Source of the DNA: Naegleria gruberi
Taxonomy: Eukaryota
Direction: 5' to 3' (one strand)
Length of the DNA stretch: 64,000 bases
Assembly (NCBI GenBank): GCA_000004985.1
Contig: GG738849.1
Part shown: in pieces, positions 11,533 through 23,640 of the stretch
Layout: every line of letters begins with the position of its first letter
How positions within the stretch are numbered: position 1 is the first letter of the stretch
The notes under the pieces: generated by a model
Told to the model about the DNA's origin: nothing
The model's input: only the letters and a program-made list of their open reading frames with translations
Database searches by the model: none
Translations under genes and position numbers: made by a program

Positions 11533-14500
11533 TTAAAAATTATCAGTGACACCCAACTTTTCCTTCCAATCAAATCCAAGACATACACTCAAATTCCTTA
11601 TCTCATCCTTTTCTTCATTGGTGAGTGGTATTGAGCTGGGGTAATCTTTCAAAGTACCCCATGAATCTCCAATTTGAACCTTTACAGGCAGTGGTACTAG
11701 AAGTTTCTTATCTGTATTCTGCATAATATTTTTTGTACAATAGATAAATGTACTGAGAGAGTCTTCTCTCACTTCAAAGAGTAGCTCATCATGAATTTGT
11801 AGTAACATGTATGCTCTTTCTTCTTTCTTATTAAAATGTCTCATAAATGAATAAATACCTAACATGACTATTTTCATAATATCAGAGGCAGAGCCTTGAG
11901 AAACAGTATTGAGAGCAGCTCTTCTAGCTGCAGCTCTCTTTGATGAATCATCAGAACAAATATCATGGATAAATCTCTTTCTTGAATATGAGGTTTCAAC
12001 ATAGTGCTTTTCCACAAGGTGATTCTCTACAAAGTCCTTATATTGCTTCAATCCTTGATATTTTTCAAAAAAATTTTGCTTGTATCTTTCAGCAGCTTCA
12101 ATTCTATCCTCACCAGGCCTCAACATAAAATCCTCATTCTCACTATTGAACATTTTACCAGAGAGAGTTTCTGAGCCCATACAATAGGAAATTCCATAAA
12201 TGATCTGCTTGACCAGACTTCTATGAGATAATGGAACTGGTTCTTCAGGTCTAAAATTCCAAAAGTTTCTAGCAATTTCCTCAAAAATATCTCTTTCTGT
12301 ATTACTGAGAATGTCTGAAAGGGTTCTATCTTGTGAGAGGTGGGCTAAAATTCTCAATTCAATATTCTTATAATCAATTGAAACCATTACATAACCATTT
12401 CTTGGGATGAAGGCGCTTCTAATACTCAGTGTGATTATGGATTTCTGAGAGAAAGGGTCCTTAATGTCGATATCATTTGGAATATTTTGAAGGTTTGGAT
12501 TCTTGACACTTAAGCGTCCAGTTGCTGAAGTGGTTTGCATTTGAGAGGCAAATATTCTATATTCTTGAGTGTCTGGGCAGTATTTGATATCATTGGGCAT
12601 GTTTTGAATGTGATGAGTCTTAATATTCAGCAAGTATCTGTATTCACTGATTTGCTTCATAATATAAGACTTATCGGGGTAGAGTTTTTTCAACTTTTCC
12701 AATATTTCCTTGTTTGTTTTCCTCTCTGTACCCTTAAGTTTTAATTTATCAAAGAGGAGTAATGCAACATGGTCATTATTGGACACATCAATCTTTTTAC
12801 CATCCAAAATTTGTAAACTGTTCAAATCTCTTGTAATTTCATCGAGTTTAGCATCTATGAGTTTCGTATTATGTTTGATCCAATGATAATTGAAACGTAT
12901 TCCATTATGTTCCATTGTGCTTAAAACTTTGGAGAAGCTCATTTCAAATTCAAACATTTGTCTCAATTCCAAATTAATAATGGATACCATAACAGCAGTC
13001 ATTATTGGCCAACATTGGCTAGCTGTCTTTACAATGACAAACTTGTCATTCTTGGGAGTAAATAGAAATGAATCAGATGGGAAATATTTCAAGTATATTT
13101 CCTCAAGAGTTTTCTCATTATCCGAATCATCTGGATGTTGTACCCAGTCTCCAATCATTGGATCAAGTACGGGATCTTTAACAATTAAGTCCCAAGCCTG
13201 TAAGAGTCTTGTTTGTTGTTTTTTAAATCCGAATGTAAGTTTGGGTTTTCTCTTGTCTTGCAGCATTCGTTTTACTATCTTGGATCTATAATCATCTAGA
13301 TGGATAAAATAGCATTTGCAAGGAATATTTGGATCGATTTTGGTTTCACATCTCTTCTCAAAAGTTAAATAATCCTCAAATACTTCATTAAAACAAATTG
13401 AGAGTCCCTTCACCGTATAAACATCCCTATTCTTAATAAAGGTGGTTGGATTGTCTTGCTTTTTCTTAATTCCAAATTCGAAACAGAATGAAAATACTTT
13501 TGAATTATTCCAACGCTCCAAAAACTCATCAAATAATTGATTATCACCAAGTTTTAGTTCTATCACAGAATCTTCCTTTTTCTTTTTGTGCTCTGCCTGA
13601 TTATCATCAAAGGCGTTACATCTCTTTTTTCCTCTCTTTTTTGGAGAGCTATTTTGGAATAGGAATGTATCTTCGTCTTGTGGCCCAAATATCCACTCTA
13701 AAGGAAGTAATTTCTCCTCTACAATTGCCTTTGCTCCTTCTACAATCAAATTAGCTTTAGTTCTACTTTCTGTTGTGTTTTGAGAGCCTTTAACAAGTAT
13801 ATTTTCGATACTTTCTGGTGTTTCATCAGCAACCTGTGCAATTGTTCTGAGACCAGCACTGAATAACAATCTTGCTCTTGATGAACCAACAAATGGAATT
13901 TGAACAAGAGGTACAAGTTCCTGTCTCACTCCAGAAACAAGTCGTTCTTTGATTTCTTTGAATGCTTCCGAGAAAAAGCTTGGTAAGGCAGCATATTTAC
14001 AAAAACTTGAGAGTACAGATGCTTTTGAGGCAGCATCTTTTTGAACATTTTGTACAGATCCTCTTGCATCTGAGTCTCCAAAATATGTCTCTGCAATATT
14101 TTTGATTGGATATTCCAGTATAATGTCATAGAGTATAAATGTTTTTCTCAATGTGTAGATAGTTTCGCTCAATTCTCGTTGATGACTACTTCTATTTCCC
14201 ACCGACAAGATGTAACCTCTCAATTCATTAATGTCTCTAATCTTGTTATTTACAAATTCTGAAAACTCTCTTCTCTTGATGGCAATATTTACAATTTTTT
14301 CAGCAACTTTTGAGAATGTATCGTTATAATCAGTATGAAATAGACTATTTTCAGAGAAGGAGGCAAGAATGTAAATCATTCCTAGATCATCTTCCAAGTA
14401 GAAATTTTTCAATTCATTCTTAATGGTTTGGTAAAACTTGAGAGAAAGATAGGGACAAATATTGGCGATTTGTGTTGCAAATCCCAATGGTTTACAATCG

Positions 14501-16551
14501 AAGGAGTCTTTACCGTTTATCCATCTAATAAATCCATTCTTTTCCAGAAAAACTTTTGAGTTGATTCCTATACTTCTGAGTTCTTTCTCTGGAATACATT
14601 TCGATAGAAATGTACATTTTAAATAGGACACAATATCATGAGCAGTCCTAATAATACCAGTTGAAATATTTTCCAATAAAGCTCTTGATATGTGTTTTTC
14701 ATTTAGACAAGATTTCATGGGTGTGAATTTGGAAGATAATAATTTTGAACCAGACTCCAACGAAGGAACTATAAGATACGATTCACCCTTTACATCTATA
14801 CCTGCTCTACCTGCTCTACCAGCTGCTTGCTTGTAGTTAACTATTGATAAATCATCCCTACCCATGGTGAGTGAGGAAATAATGACTCTTCTTGCAGGAA
14901 GATTCACACCCTAATAATCATTAAATAGTTTCAATAAATATATTCCTATCTCAATACATGAAAGATATGACTATTAACTTACAGTTGCAAGGGTTGTTGT
15001 ACATAGTAGAATTTTGATCATTCCATTTCTAAATGCCAATTCAACTAACTTTTTCTCTTCCATTGTTAGTGACGAGTGATGAAAACCTACTCCTCTCCCC
15101 ATTGAAAAATTCAAATCAGGATCCAATCCTGTTGTGGATAGTTTGAGGTTAGTTAGTAATTCTTGTCGTTGTTGTACCAAGTGCTCTGGAATATGTTGTG
15201 GTTGATTTTCTTCAGCAATAAACTTGGCAAATAATTTACATTTTAGCTTAGAGCTGCAGAATATAATTGTAGCAAACTCTGTGTCAATTAGTGATAGTAT
15301 GGAAATATTAAATCCATCAGGTAGTTTTTTAGAAACAGTGTAAGGTGTTAGATTTCTTACTAGATTACAATTTGTATCGAATACTTTGGAATCATGTACC
15401 ATGTATTCAGAGAGTGGAACTGGTCTATAATCAGTCACAAACAAGTAGGCATTAAGAAAACTGGCAAGTTTGTCAACATTTGGTAGGGTAGCAGACATCG
15501 CAATGATTTGAATTTTTGGTTTAAGATAAATAATTTTCGTTAGAATGAGTTCTAGAATATAACCTCTATCAGGCTCTGTTATACTATGAAGTTCATCAAT
15601 AATGATGGTTCCAATTTCATCAATTTTGCCAGTCCTAATCAATCCATTCAGAATACTATTTCCTCTCTCAAAGGTACATACCATCACTCTCTCATCATCA
15701 TCATTGAAGGATGCTGTATCAATGAGTTTTACTGCTTCAGAGTGATAGGGATTGGCTTTCCATCCAACATTCTTGAATTTTTCATTCAAATCAGCTACCT
15801 TTTCCTCAATGATAGCTTTAAAAGGAAGCATGAAAACAACTTTTGATTTGTTTCTTGTCAATCTTCGAACCATTATAATTTCACTGACTAGGGTTTTACC
15901 TCCACTTGTTGGAGATGAGTAGATAATATTCTTTCCTCCATCCAGAATTTGATTGTTTTCTAATAATGCTACTTGCCAAGGATATAAAGACTTGTGTTTG
16001 TAATTGTCAGCAATTTGGTAGGGAATGTAATGATAGAGGGATGTGGGATCATTCATATCATCCTCTGTATGAGTGGCTTTTAGTGATGTATTGAGAAGGT
16101 TACTAGTATTGGAAAAAGTTTTATCGGAAGAAGGAATTGTATTGTTCGAATCAGCTTCATCTAATAAATTCACAATTCCACTAATATCCAACTCATCATC
16201 TAGAGTATTTTCCGATTCTTCTCCAATATTCAACTCGTCATCATCTAAATTTTCCAATTGTTCAACTTCGATATCACTAATATCACTTAATTCTAAATCT
16301 TCATCAATATTGAAATAATATTCATCTTCGGGTGTTGATGGACTACCAACAGACATACTGGATCTTGATGATTGACTAAATGGTGGCCAAAAATCCACAC
16401 TAGCCTCACCTGTTGATTTCGGAGTGGTGGTACTCACACTACTAGCAGAAGAAGGATTGGATACATTTTTCAATGTTTTCGGAAGAGGTGTTGCTGCAAC
16501 CACATTTGTTGGTTGTGATTTGTTCTTGTTGTGGTTGTTATTGGAAATCAT
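11533..16551 (-). CDS. POLQ: DNA polymerase theta-like protein: N-terminal superfamily-2 helicase fused to C-terminal family-A DNA polymerase, 2 exons
   Basis: Exons are 16551..14983 and 14910..11533 (1648 aa); the intron runs 14911..14982 (GTAAGT ... TATTAG). The junction rebuilds helicase motif VI TTLAT|GVNLPARRVII. The helicase has GKTLVSE, DELH and SATLPN. The polymerase has the O-helix-like RRAAKAINFG analogue (ARRAALNTVSQGSASDIMK) and motif C LQIHDELLFEV. Confidence 0.85.
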
Positions 16552-17475
16552 CACAGTAACTTTGCCTAATGGTGAGCATATTTTTTTGATGTTTTTTCTC
16601 TAGTTTTTGCTGGAAATTTTTGCCAACCTGCTTTTTTAGGATTACGGTTTTGCCCGCTAAAACATTGTTAAACTTTAAACAAAAATTAAGAAGTTTACAA
16701 ATATTTGTGGCCAGATTTGTTGCTAAAATTAATTCTTTCTTGTGTTATAACATAAGGCATCATGTTCACTACATATGTGGGGAAGAAACAACTGAACACA
16801 TTTTCCTACCAAAATTCAATAACTAAACAATTTTACCAACAATAGGAATCAAGAGGAGGAAAATACTGAAACATACACAGAAACCAACTCTACAACACTG
16901 GACAAAAACTAGACCTCATTGGCAATTGTCACAAAATCAAAGAAACCACAAAAGCTAATACTAGCATCTGGAAAGAAAGGAACGACTGGCTTCCCGAAAA
17001 CAATGAATGGAGCAAAGACCTTAACAAATATGTAAGCATTCTGTAGATAACAATCTACAGCATGCAATTTATTCAACCACGAGTCTGAATGACAATTAAA
17101 TAAATATAAATTAAATAAAAAAAAATTCACTACAAAATGACCACCTCAACTGTCCTCCTTATTTGCAACAATTCCCAAATGCAAAACCAATAACAGCCAA
17201 GGTTCAATAAAAGTGTTCGATTTAATCACCAAATCTACTCAAATCACCATCTATCAGATGAAAAACTATCTGTTACTGATATCCAATAGTCCACCAAATG
17301 AACTAAATGCATCATCCAACCACTTTTCCCTCTTTTTAAAGTAAAAAAAACGCCAACAATCCATCTGATGCAAAGAATCATGCTTCTCTGCAGTGTGTGT
17401 TGCCATAAAAATTACCCAAATTGAAAAAATTTCAAACTCTTTGCGCAATACAACAACAAATTAAAGAACGCAAAT

Positions 17476-18545
17476 ATGCCTAACAGTAAATCAAACAGTT
17501 GGAAGTATGGATTGGCTGGAGGATTTTCTGCATTTTCTACTCATGCAGTATTGGTTCCTCTTGATGTAAGTATTACCGCACTGAATTATTTTGTTGGTTG
17601 ACTCTCTTGATCTCCATGATGAAACAATTGCGTTGAACCCACAAACGGCATGCATCTAAATAATTCATGTTGTGATTATGGTTGTTTTGCTTGTAACAAT
17701 AACAGGTTATTAAAACTAGAATTCAAATCTATCCACAACAATATCAGAATGGTACCTTATCAACTCTAAAAACCATTGCAAGGAATGAAGGTCTTGCTGC
17801 ATTAACTCTTGGTTTCTCTTCAACTGCTATTGGTTACTTTTTACAAGGTTCAATGAAGTTTGGTTTATTTGAGGTGATTAAATCAAGCATTATGAATTCA
17901 TCATTAATTGGTGGAAAGGAAAGAGTAATGGGAAGAGGTGGTGATTTATCCTATCTTCAATTTCCAATTTATATCACTTCTAGTGCCATGGCTGAAGCTT
18001 GTGCTACTGTTGTTTTGTGTCCTTGGGAAGCCATTAGAATCAAGACAGTCAATCAACCACTCAAATATGGAAATGTTAATGTTTTTAAGGGGCTGAAAAT
18101 GATTGCAGTTGAAGAGGGATTATTGAATGGATATTTTAGAGGTTTAATCCCAATTTTAGCCAAGCAAGTACCTTATACATGTGTTCAATTGACTTGTTTC
18201 TCATACACAACTGAATTCTTTTACGGAAATTTCCTTCCTAATCGTCTTGGAATGAAGAAACAAGATTTGACCACTACTCAACAATTGAATTTGAGTGTTG
18301 GCGCTGGTATTCTAGCAGGTATGGTCTCATCCCTTGCTTCACACCCAGCAGATACTCTTCTCAGCTTGGTTAATAAACCAGGCGAACAGAGAAATATTTT
18401 CCAAATCATGAAAGATATTGGGTTTAAGGGTGTTTGGAGAGGAGTGGTTCCACGTTGCTTGATGGTGTCATTCTTGAGTGCTGGCATGTTTTTGGTTTAT
18501 GACAGTTCTAAATTGGCTCTTGGTTTGCAAACTACTGGTGGTTAA
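17476..18545 (+). CDS. Mitochondrial phosphate carrier (SLC25A3 / PiC family), 2 exons
   Basis: Exons are 17476..17565 and 17706..18545 (309 aa); donor GTAAGT, acceptor AACAG. Similarity to PiC runs throughout, e.g. SHPADTLLSLVNK...GFKGVWRGVVPR versus SHPADSVVSVLNK...GFKGVWKGLFAR. Confidence 0.85.
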
Positions 18546-18635
18546 ATTGTTAACCACAAACACTTATGAAAACAAATTTGAACAAGTGAGCTGTTAATTC
18601 TGACGTGTAAATTATCATACAATTGTAATATACAT

Positions 18636-19640
18636 TTAATAAAGAATAAATCTACAAATATCCAAACAATTATCATTTTCAAACCCATCCACTTCAATCT
18701 TTTTCAATTTTTTGCAATGATCCATTAATGTTTGACATTCCACTTCTTTGAATAGCTTGGTAATGGCCACATGTTCCAGGTTTGGACAAGATTTGTACAA
18801 GTTAATCCACATGCATGTTGCTGCATCATCATTGATAATATCATGCCCAAATAATTTCAATATTCTCAGTTTTGGAAATTCCACATTTGAAATCTTGGTT
18901 AAAACATCTCCAATTGTCAAGCCACCGCATTGTAGACATAATTCCTGAAGTGAAAAGTGACTACTCTCAATGCACTTATCAACACCAAGAAACATTTTAC
19001 CATTCAGATACAAATGTTCAATTCTATTCTGTGGAATGTGAGACAAATCAAAATATGGAGGTCTCTTTTCACTTCTCTCATTAAAATTATCCTGAAATCT
19101 CATATCCAAATTACTATGCAAAGAGAGGCAAGTCAATTTAGGGCACTGTTTAAAGATACTTTGTAAATCTGTTGAATTAATATATACATTATTTAAAATT
19201 AGTTTCCTCATTGTATTTTTCATAAATCGACTTATAAAAACAGGTAGCTGAGTTTCCAACATGTCACTATGTCTGAAAATATCATAACAAAACGAAACAG
19301 TTTCATATTTTGGAAATGTTCTAATTAAATTGTACATTTGTGGAATGGAATCAATCAATAGACCATCAATGTGTTTTAAATCTCTCGTTGTTAATTTTAG
19401 AGCATGTTCTAATTGTAAATCAACATTTCCGCAAATATATTCCAATCGAGAGAATAATTTAAGAAAATCAATAACGTAAATTCTTGAATTAATTCTTTTT
19501 GACATGTTTAGTACAGTAACAGAATTATAGTAACTGGCATTCCATTCCGAATTTATAAATCTTGATAATTGTTTTTCATTATTAGTAAGAAATGTTTGTA
19601 TGAGAGTTAATAATTCTGATGGCAAGGCAAGTTTAGTCAT
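18636..19640 (-). CDS. F-box-like / LRR protein
   Basis: 334-aa ORF with a real ATG at 19640. The N-terminus has an F-box-like LPSELLTLIQTFL. The C-terminal half has LRR/RNI-like CPKLTCLSLHS and CPNLEHVAITKL. Confidence 0.45.
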   Translation of the reverse strand: MTKLALPSELLTLIQTFLTNNEKQLSRFINSEWNASYYNSVTVLNMSKRINSRIYVIDFLKLFSRLEYICGNVDLQLEHALKLTTRDLKHIDGLLIDSIPQMYNLIRTFPKYETVSFCYDIFRHSDMLETQLPVFISRFMKNTMRKLILNNVYINSTDLQSIFKQCPKLTCLSLHSNLDMRFQDNFNERSEKRPPYFDLSHIPQNRIEHLYLNGKMFLGVDKCIESSHFSLQELCLQCGGLTIGDVLTKISNVEFPKLRILKLFGHDIINDDAATCMWINLYKSCPNLEHVAITKLFKEVECQTLMDHCKKLKKIEVDGFENDNCLDICRFILY

Positions 19641-19749
19641 TTTTTTTTAATGGAAAGCTGGTGATAGGTTATGTTACAATAACCATATTTGATCGACTTG
19701 ATTCTCATACCAATGAAACATTACTCTCAAAAGTATTTAGAGAAATAAT

Positions 19750-21555
19750 TTATTTTTGAATCTTAATAGTTCCCTTCAACTTTTCAATCTTCTTCTTGAG
19801 TTCTTCAATAGGTAATGGAGTGTAAATCTTCTTGCCTGTCTTTTGATAGTACAATAATGAAGGACTATAATATCCATTAACACCCATAGTAACATAACCA
19901 TTTTGCAAGATCAAGTTTGGATTGACCAAATTGAATCCTGGTAAAACACTTGAAAAGTCAACCAATTGAACACCAGCAGCCAAATCTTGATTCAAAATTG
20001 GCAAGTAAGCATCAATCAAAGCAACTTGAATAATTTGTTGCAAACTGGTTACACTAATTGGTCCAATCCATGATTGAGAAACTGAGAGTTGGAATTGAGG
20101 ATTAGCAATTTGAGCAGTAAAGTACAACTTGGATCCAGAAGAAACAACCAACTTTGGACTATCAAGAGTAGCATTAGCAACGAGTGAAATAATAAAAGCA
20201 TTGGTGGAAGATCCATCTTGATTCAAAACTTGGAATTCAACATTACCATAGAAGAAGGCAGTAATACTTCCACCATTGTTTTGAGTAATCTTAATATTTG
20301 GATATTGACCAGGATTACCAGCAGTATTACTATAGACAAATAAGTTAACAAGCTTATTTGGATAGGCATTGTATAATTGAGGAAGCAACAATTTCAAACT
20401 TGTAGTATTCAATTGAATTGGAGAGTTGGATGGAATCATTGTTGGTGTAACATAGGTTTGCATTTGATTGCTAGAATACAAGGCATAGAGAAGTGAGTTA
20501 ATAACAAAATCAGTTCCATAAGCATCAATCAAATCATCAATTTGAGTTGGGGCAACCTTTGGAAGTTGAACATGACCAAATGGGAGAGGAGCAGATGGTC
20601 CCTTGTTTGGATCGTAGAAAGTAGCTCTAGTAGCAATAACCAAGAAATTATTACTTTGAACATCACATTCAGTCAAACGATAGTCTACAATAACTTTGAA
20701 ATTGTTTGAACCAACAGTCATATTCAAAGTTGGAATAAGGTTAGCAGTTTGAATGTCAGCATTGGCTTTAGCAACAGAGGAACTGACAGCATTTTGAATG
20801 GCTGATTGAACAGATGATTTGATTTGGGAAGAGAAGAGGGATTGCAATAAATCCAAAATCCATCCAGATCCTCCTGAAATGTTAATATTCAAATTACCCA
20901 AATCAACAGTATTAGTAGTGACTTGGAATTGTGGTTTACCACTGTTAATATCTAAAGTAATGAGAACAGTTTCTTGAATTTGGATGGTATTGGTAGAAAC
21001 AACAACAGTTCCTGATCCAGAAGAGTGTGGCCAACTTTGTTGACGATAAGCCCAGTTAGCATTGATTGTTAATTGAGCATTTTGATCAGAGAGAGTGACT
21101 TGATTTGGTTGTTGCATCAATACTTGCAAATTACCCAATGAAACTCCAGCAATTTTAATATTTGTAACACTAATGTCAACATCACCAATAATACTGACAT
21201 GTTCTGTTTCAACCATATTTCAATCAGTAATTATATAATGATTTTACATTTCAACCAATGATTATAAATTATTCAGTTAACAAAAATGTGTTAATAATAT
21301 TATTTCAATATATATATATAAATTATAAAAATAATTAAATATTAAACACGTACGAGTAAACTTCATATCAGCAATAGTTTGTTCTTCAATAGTTTTAGCA
21401 AATAATGGACTTTCCTTTGTCAATAATTCATTCAAATCCGAGTCAGACAAGAAGGCACGAACAGTTGATAATTGTCCCATTGCTTCCTGAATATTCATCA
21501 TCATTGCGATCAACCCCAAAAGAAGGAGAAGCACAAGACTAGCAGATGATCTCAT
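19750..21555 (-). CDS. Secreted BPI/LBP/PLUNC-fold lipid-binding protein, 2 exons
   Basis: Exons are 21555..21354 (signal peptide MRSSASLVLLLLLGLIAMM...) and 21203..19750; total 552 codons. The donor is GTACGT in phase 1. The mature part is Gln/Ser/Asn-rich beta-rich sequence with the VTNIKIAGVSLGNLQVL...GSGWILDLLQSLF pattern typical of the BPI N-domain. Confidence 0.55.
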
Positions 21556-22126
21556 CTATATATATTTTTATCATCATTGACAAGTTATCATCATCATAGA
21601 ATTTCATCATTGTGTATTGGTGTGATATCGTGTGTTGTGATCACACATACGAAGTGGTTAGTTTTTTGGGTTAAAAAAGCACTACCTACATTGTTTTTGT
21701 TTTTTTTCAAAGTGAAACTTTCAAGTGTTATTACTTGATGGGATGAAGACATGAAGACAATGGAGTAAGACAAGTCTTGTGGGGAAAAAACTCTCCGAAC
21801 CAATGATGAATTATCGAATCTTATGAATCATTATAATATGTAATAGAGATTTTACAATGTGGTTTATATGATGAGTTGACACACACATTTAAAATATAAT
21901 TTTCAAATCACTAAGGGTTCAGGGAAGAAGTTAAAAAGTTAAAGTGACGAGTCCAAAAAATACCTTCACTACAACTTTACATATTAAATTGATGAAAAAT
22001 TGCAAGATGTAATATTATTTAATTATTTTCAAATTGAAAATCTGAAATCAGTATTAAAATTTACAGCTTGATAATATTGCTTTGCAGATGATTATTCTAT
22101 TGTCGTTTTCACTTTAGAATAAAAAA

Positions 22127-23632
22127 ATGTCATCACCCCAATTAGAAAATTACAAGTTTCAAGTATTTAAAGGACACACTGGTTTGCCAACATGTGAATA
22201 TTTTGCCAGAGAACAATCCACCAATGAACAAGTTATTAATTTCCTCTCCACAAAATTAAATGATAGAAAATTAGCAGAAGAATTGGATCAATCCGATACT
22301 CTTGCTCACATGAGAAATGAATTCAACTATCCAGATATGATTCCAAAGGAATTAATTTGTCAAGTTGATGAAAACTCCTCTGATGAATGTGTGGAAAAGA
22401 AAATTATTTATTTCTGTGGTAATTCACTTGGACTTCAACCAAAGTGCCTTTCAAAGAATATTGAAAAGGAATTACAAAAGTGGGCACATATTGGTGTTGA
22501 AGGACATTTCAGTGCATCGTTTGGAACTAACAAATGGTTTGAAGTTGAAGAATCTGTGAAGAATGCAATGGCTAAGGTTGTTGGAGCTAAACCAATTGAA
22601 GTTACTGTTATGAATAGTTTAACTGCTAATTTACAAGTTTTACTCACTTCTTTCTATAGACCAACTGCACAAAAATACAAGATTTTAGTTGAACAATATC
22701 CATTCCCAAGTGATATGCATGCTGTGACCTCTCATGTCAGATGCAGAATTGAAGAATTGAGAAGTATGTTGGGAAGTCATTTGTCAAGTGATGAAATTGT
22801 TGAAAAGTGTATCACTCTTGTTGGTCCAAGAGAAGGAGAAGAAATTATTAGATCTGAAGATATTGTGGAATGTTTAAAGAGTGATTCCTCTATTGCACTT
22901 TCACTTGTTGGAGGAGTTCAATTCATGACTGGTCAATGTTTTGATATGAAAACTATTGCACAAACTTGTCAAGAGTTGGATATTGTTTGTGGATTTGATT
23001 TGGCACATGCTGCTGGTAATATTGATTTGAGACTTCATGATTGGGGAGTTGATTTTGCATGTTGGTGTTCTTACAAGTATTTGAATAGTGGACCAGGTGG
23101 AATTAGTGGAATTTTTGTACATGAAAAACATTCAAATGAAACTATGGAACAAAGACCAAGATTTATGGGTTGGTGGGCAAGAGAAAAGGCAACTCGTTTT
23201 TCACTTTCGACCAAGTTTGAACCTCAACCAGGTGCAGCTGGATTCCAAATGTCGAATCCTTGCATTTTAAGTATGACTGCTATTCTTTCGAGTTTGAGAG
23301 TTTTTGAAATGGCTGAAAAAGATGGCCAAATAATGAGCGTTTTGAGAAGCAAATCTAATTTGTTAACTACTTATTTAGAATTGCTCATTAGACAAGAGTT
23401 GAGTGACAAGATCTTTATCCTCACACCATCAAATCCAAATGCTAGAGGTTGTCAATTATCTATTAGAGTTTTGCACAAGAATTTGGACTATGTTGATTCT
23501 GAACTCAAGAAGAGAGGAGTCATTATTGACATTAGAGAGCCAGATATTATCAGAGTATCTCCAACACCTCTCTATAATCAATTTGTTGAAGTTTATGATT
23601 TTGTTCAACTTTTGAAAGAAATTTTGAATTAA
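22127..23632 (+). CDS. KYNU: Kynureninase (PLP-dependent, tryptophan catabolism)
   Basis: 501-aa single exon with a real ATG at 22127. It has the YFCGNSLGLQP N-terminal motif, the class-V aminotransferase fold and a conserved WWAREKATRF. Confidence 0.9.
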   Translation: MSSPQLENYKFQVFKGHTGLPTCEYFAREQSTNEQVINFLSTKLNDRKLAEELDQSDTLAHMRNEFNYPDMIPKELICQVDENSSDECVEKKIIYFCGNSLGLQPKCLSKNIEKELQKWAHIGVEGHFSASFGTNKWFEVEESVKNAMAKVVGAKPIEVTVMNSLTANLQVLLTSFYRPTAQKYKILVEQYPFPSDMHAVTSHVRCRIEELRSMLGSHLSSDEIVEKCITLVGPREGEEIIRSEDIVECLKSDSSIALSLVGGVQFMTGQCFDMKTIAQTCQELDIVCGFDLAHAAGNIDLRLHDWGVDFACWCSYKYLNSGPGGISGIFVHEKHSNETMEQRPRFMGWWAREKATRFSLSTKFEPQPGAAGFQMSNPCILSMTAILSSLRVFEMAEKDGQIMSVLRSKSNLLTTYLELLIRQELSDKIFILTPSNPNARGCQLSIRVLHKNLDYVDSELKKRGVIIDIREPDIIRVSPTPLYNQFVEVYDFVQLLKEILN

Positions 23633-23640
23633 ATAATTTA

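Noticed and set aside
16900-17250. Small minus-strand ORF 16909..17130 and tiny plus ORF at about 17137 in the POLQ / phosphate-carrier intergenic region
   Set aside because: There is no convincing start/splice structure and the composition is like the surrounding AT-rich promoter DNA. It is probably non-coding upstream sequence of the divergently oriented genes.
21300-21330. (TA)n and other short microsatellites (e.g. 21311-21322; the (GTT)n/(CAA)n runs inside Q-rich CDSs)
   Set aside because: These are ordinary simple-sequence content of an AT-rich genome and of poly-Q/N coding tracts, with no sign of a structured repeat family or a mobile element.
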